In this document: piece by piece, positions 63,671 through 64,000 of the stretch | Position numbering within the stretch: the stretch's first letter is position 1 | Layout of the letters: every line of letters begins with the position of its first letter | IMG/VR virus record: IMGVR_UViG_3300027887_000463 | Coordinates: 9,371 to 73,370 of that record | Reading direction: 5' to 3' (one strand) | Origin: a virus | DNA length: 64,000 bases | Program-made: the position numbers and the translations under genes | The notes under the pieces: generated by a model | What the model was told of the DNA's origin: nothing | The model's database searches: none | The model's input: the letters and a program-made list of their open reading frames with translations, nothing else

Positions 63671-64000
63671 CGCCGTTCCGGCCGCGGCGCGTTCGTCACA
63701 CGCCTTGCCGACGGCCGGCCGCTCGGCGTGATCAACGCGATGGGCCGGGTCTTCATGCCGCCGGTCGACAATCCGTTCGAGGCGGTCGCCGCCGCCGTCG
63801 ATCGCCTGTCGCGCGAATCCCGCGTCATCGTCGTCGACATGCACGCGGAAGCCACGGCCGAGAAGATCGCGATGGGCTGGCACCTCGATGGCCGCGCGGC
63901 CGCGCTGGTCGGCACGCACACCCACGTGCAGACCGCCGACGCCCGCATCCTTCCAGGCGGCACGGCGTACATCACCGATGTCGGCATGACCGGGCCGCAC
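63671..64000 (+). CDS. internal fragment of a YmdB-like metallophosphoesterase (2',3'-cyclic-nucleotide phosphodiesterase family), bacterial, truncated at both ends
   Basis: The + frame reads ...[18 protein letters not shown]...[57 protein letters not shown]. This matches the YmdB signature DFHAEATSEK...[24 protein letters not shown]. The DNA is very GC-rich, unlike the rest of the window. Confidence 0.7.

Noticed and set aside
63638-64000. The N-terminal ~120 aa of track ORF 62444..64000 ([13 protein letters not shown]...), and ORFs 63589..63987 (-) and 63540..63731 (+).
   Set aside because: They are antisense or out-of-frame read-through of the GC-rich YmdB-like gene. High GC content suppresses stop codons, and the Arg/Ala/Gly/Pro-rich translation is typical of that effect.
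1-64000. A search for tRNA genes (GGTTCGAATCC-type T-arms), rRNA and CRISPR repeat-spacer arrays.
   Set aside because: I found no T-arm/acceptor combination, no rRNA-like conserved stretches and no regularly spaced short direct repeats. The only regular repeats are coding repeats inside the fibre gene.

Overview
The window holds about 63.6 kb of an AT-rich, tightly packed tailed-phage genome, apparently a large myovirus-type phage. At about nt 63,640 it joins abruptly to very GC-rich bacterial-type DNA carrying a YmdB-like gene fragment. I saw no rRNA, tRNA or CRISPR array. Nt 1-36,000 (+ strand) is a tail, baseplate and fibre module. It contains a tape-measure-like 1070-aa protein, gp25/W-like and J-like baseplate proteins, a fibre protein with a carbohydrate-binding motif, and a 3241-aa fibre with a C-terminal S74 chaperone domain. 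It also contains three tandem paralogs split by a minimal nucleotidyltransferase, a glycosyltransferase and a portal-like protein, and a sigma-70-family factor is embedded among the baseplate genes. Nt 36,000-63,640 (mostly - strand) carries accessory and host-takeover genes. These include a glycosyltransferase, a GC-rich lipoprotein moron, an HNH endonuclease and a complete retron (msr-msd, RT and a translationally coupled small effector). Next to the retron lies a 421-bp non-coding island packed with 32 different 6-bp palindromes. Further genes are a RavA/ViaA-like AAA+/VWA pair, a single-chain beta-beta' fusion RNA polymerase (the only + strand gene in this block) and a ClpA-like unfoldase. 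The block also has a lambda-type phosphatase, a Pnkp-like kinase-phosphatase-ligase, an IF3 homolog, a dTDP-glucose-dehydratase-like SDR and an SPFH protein. All functional calls rest on motif recognition by eye and on the supplied ORF track; no database search or computation was possible.
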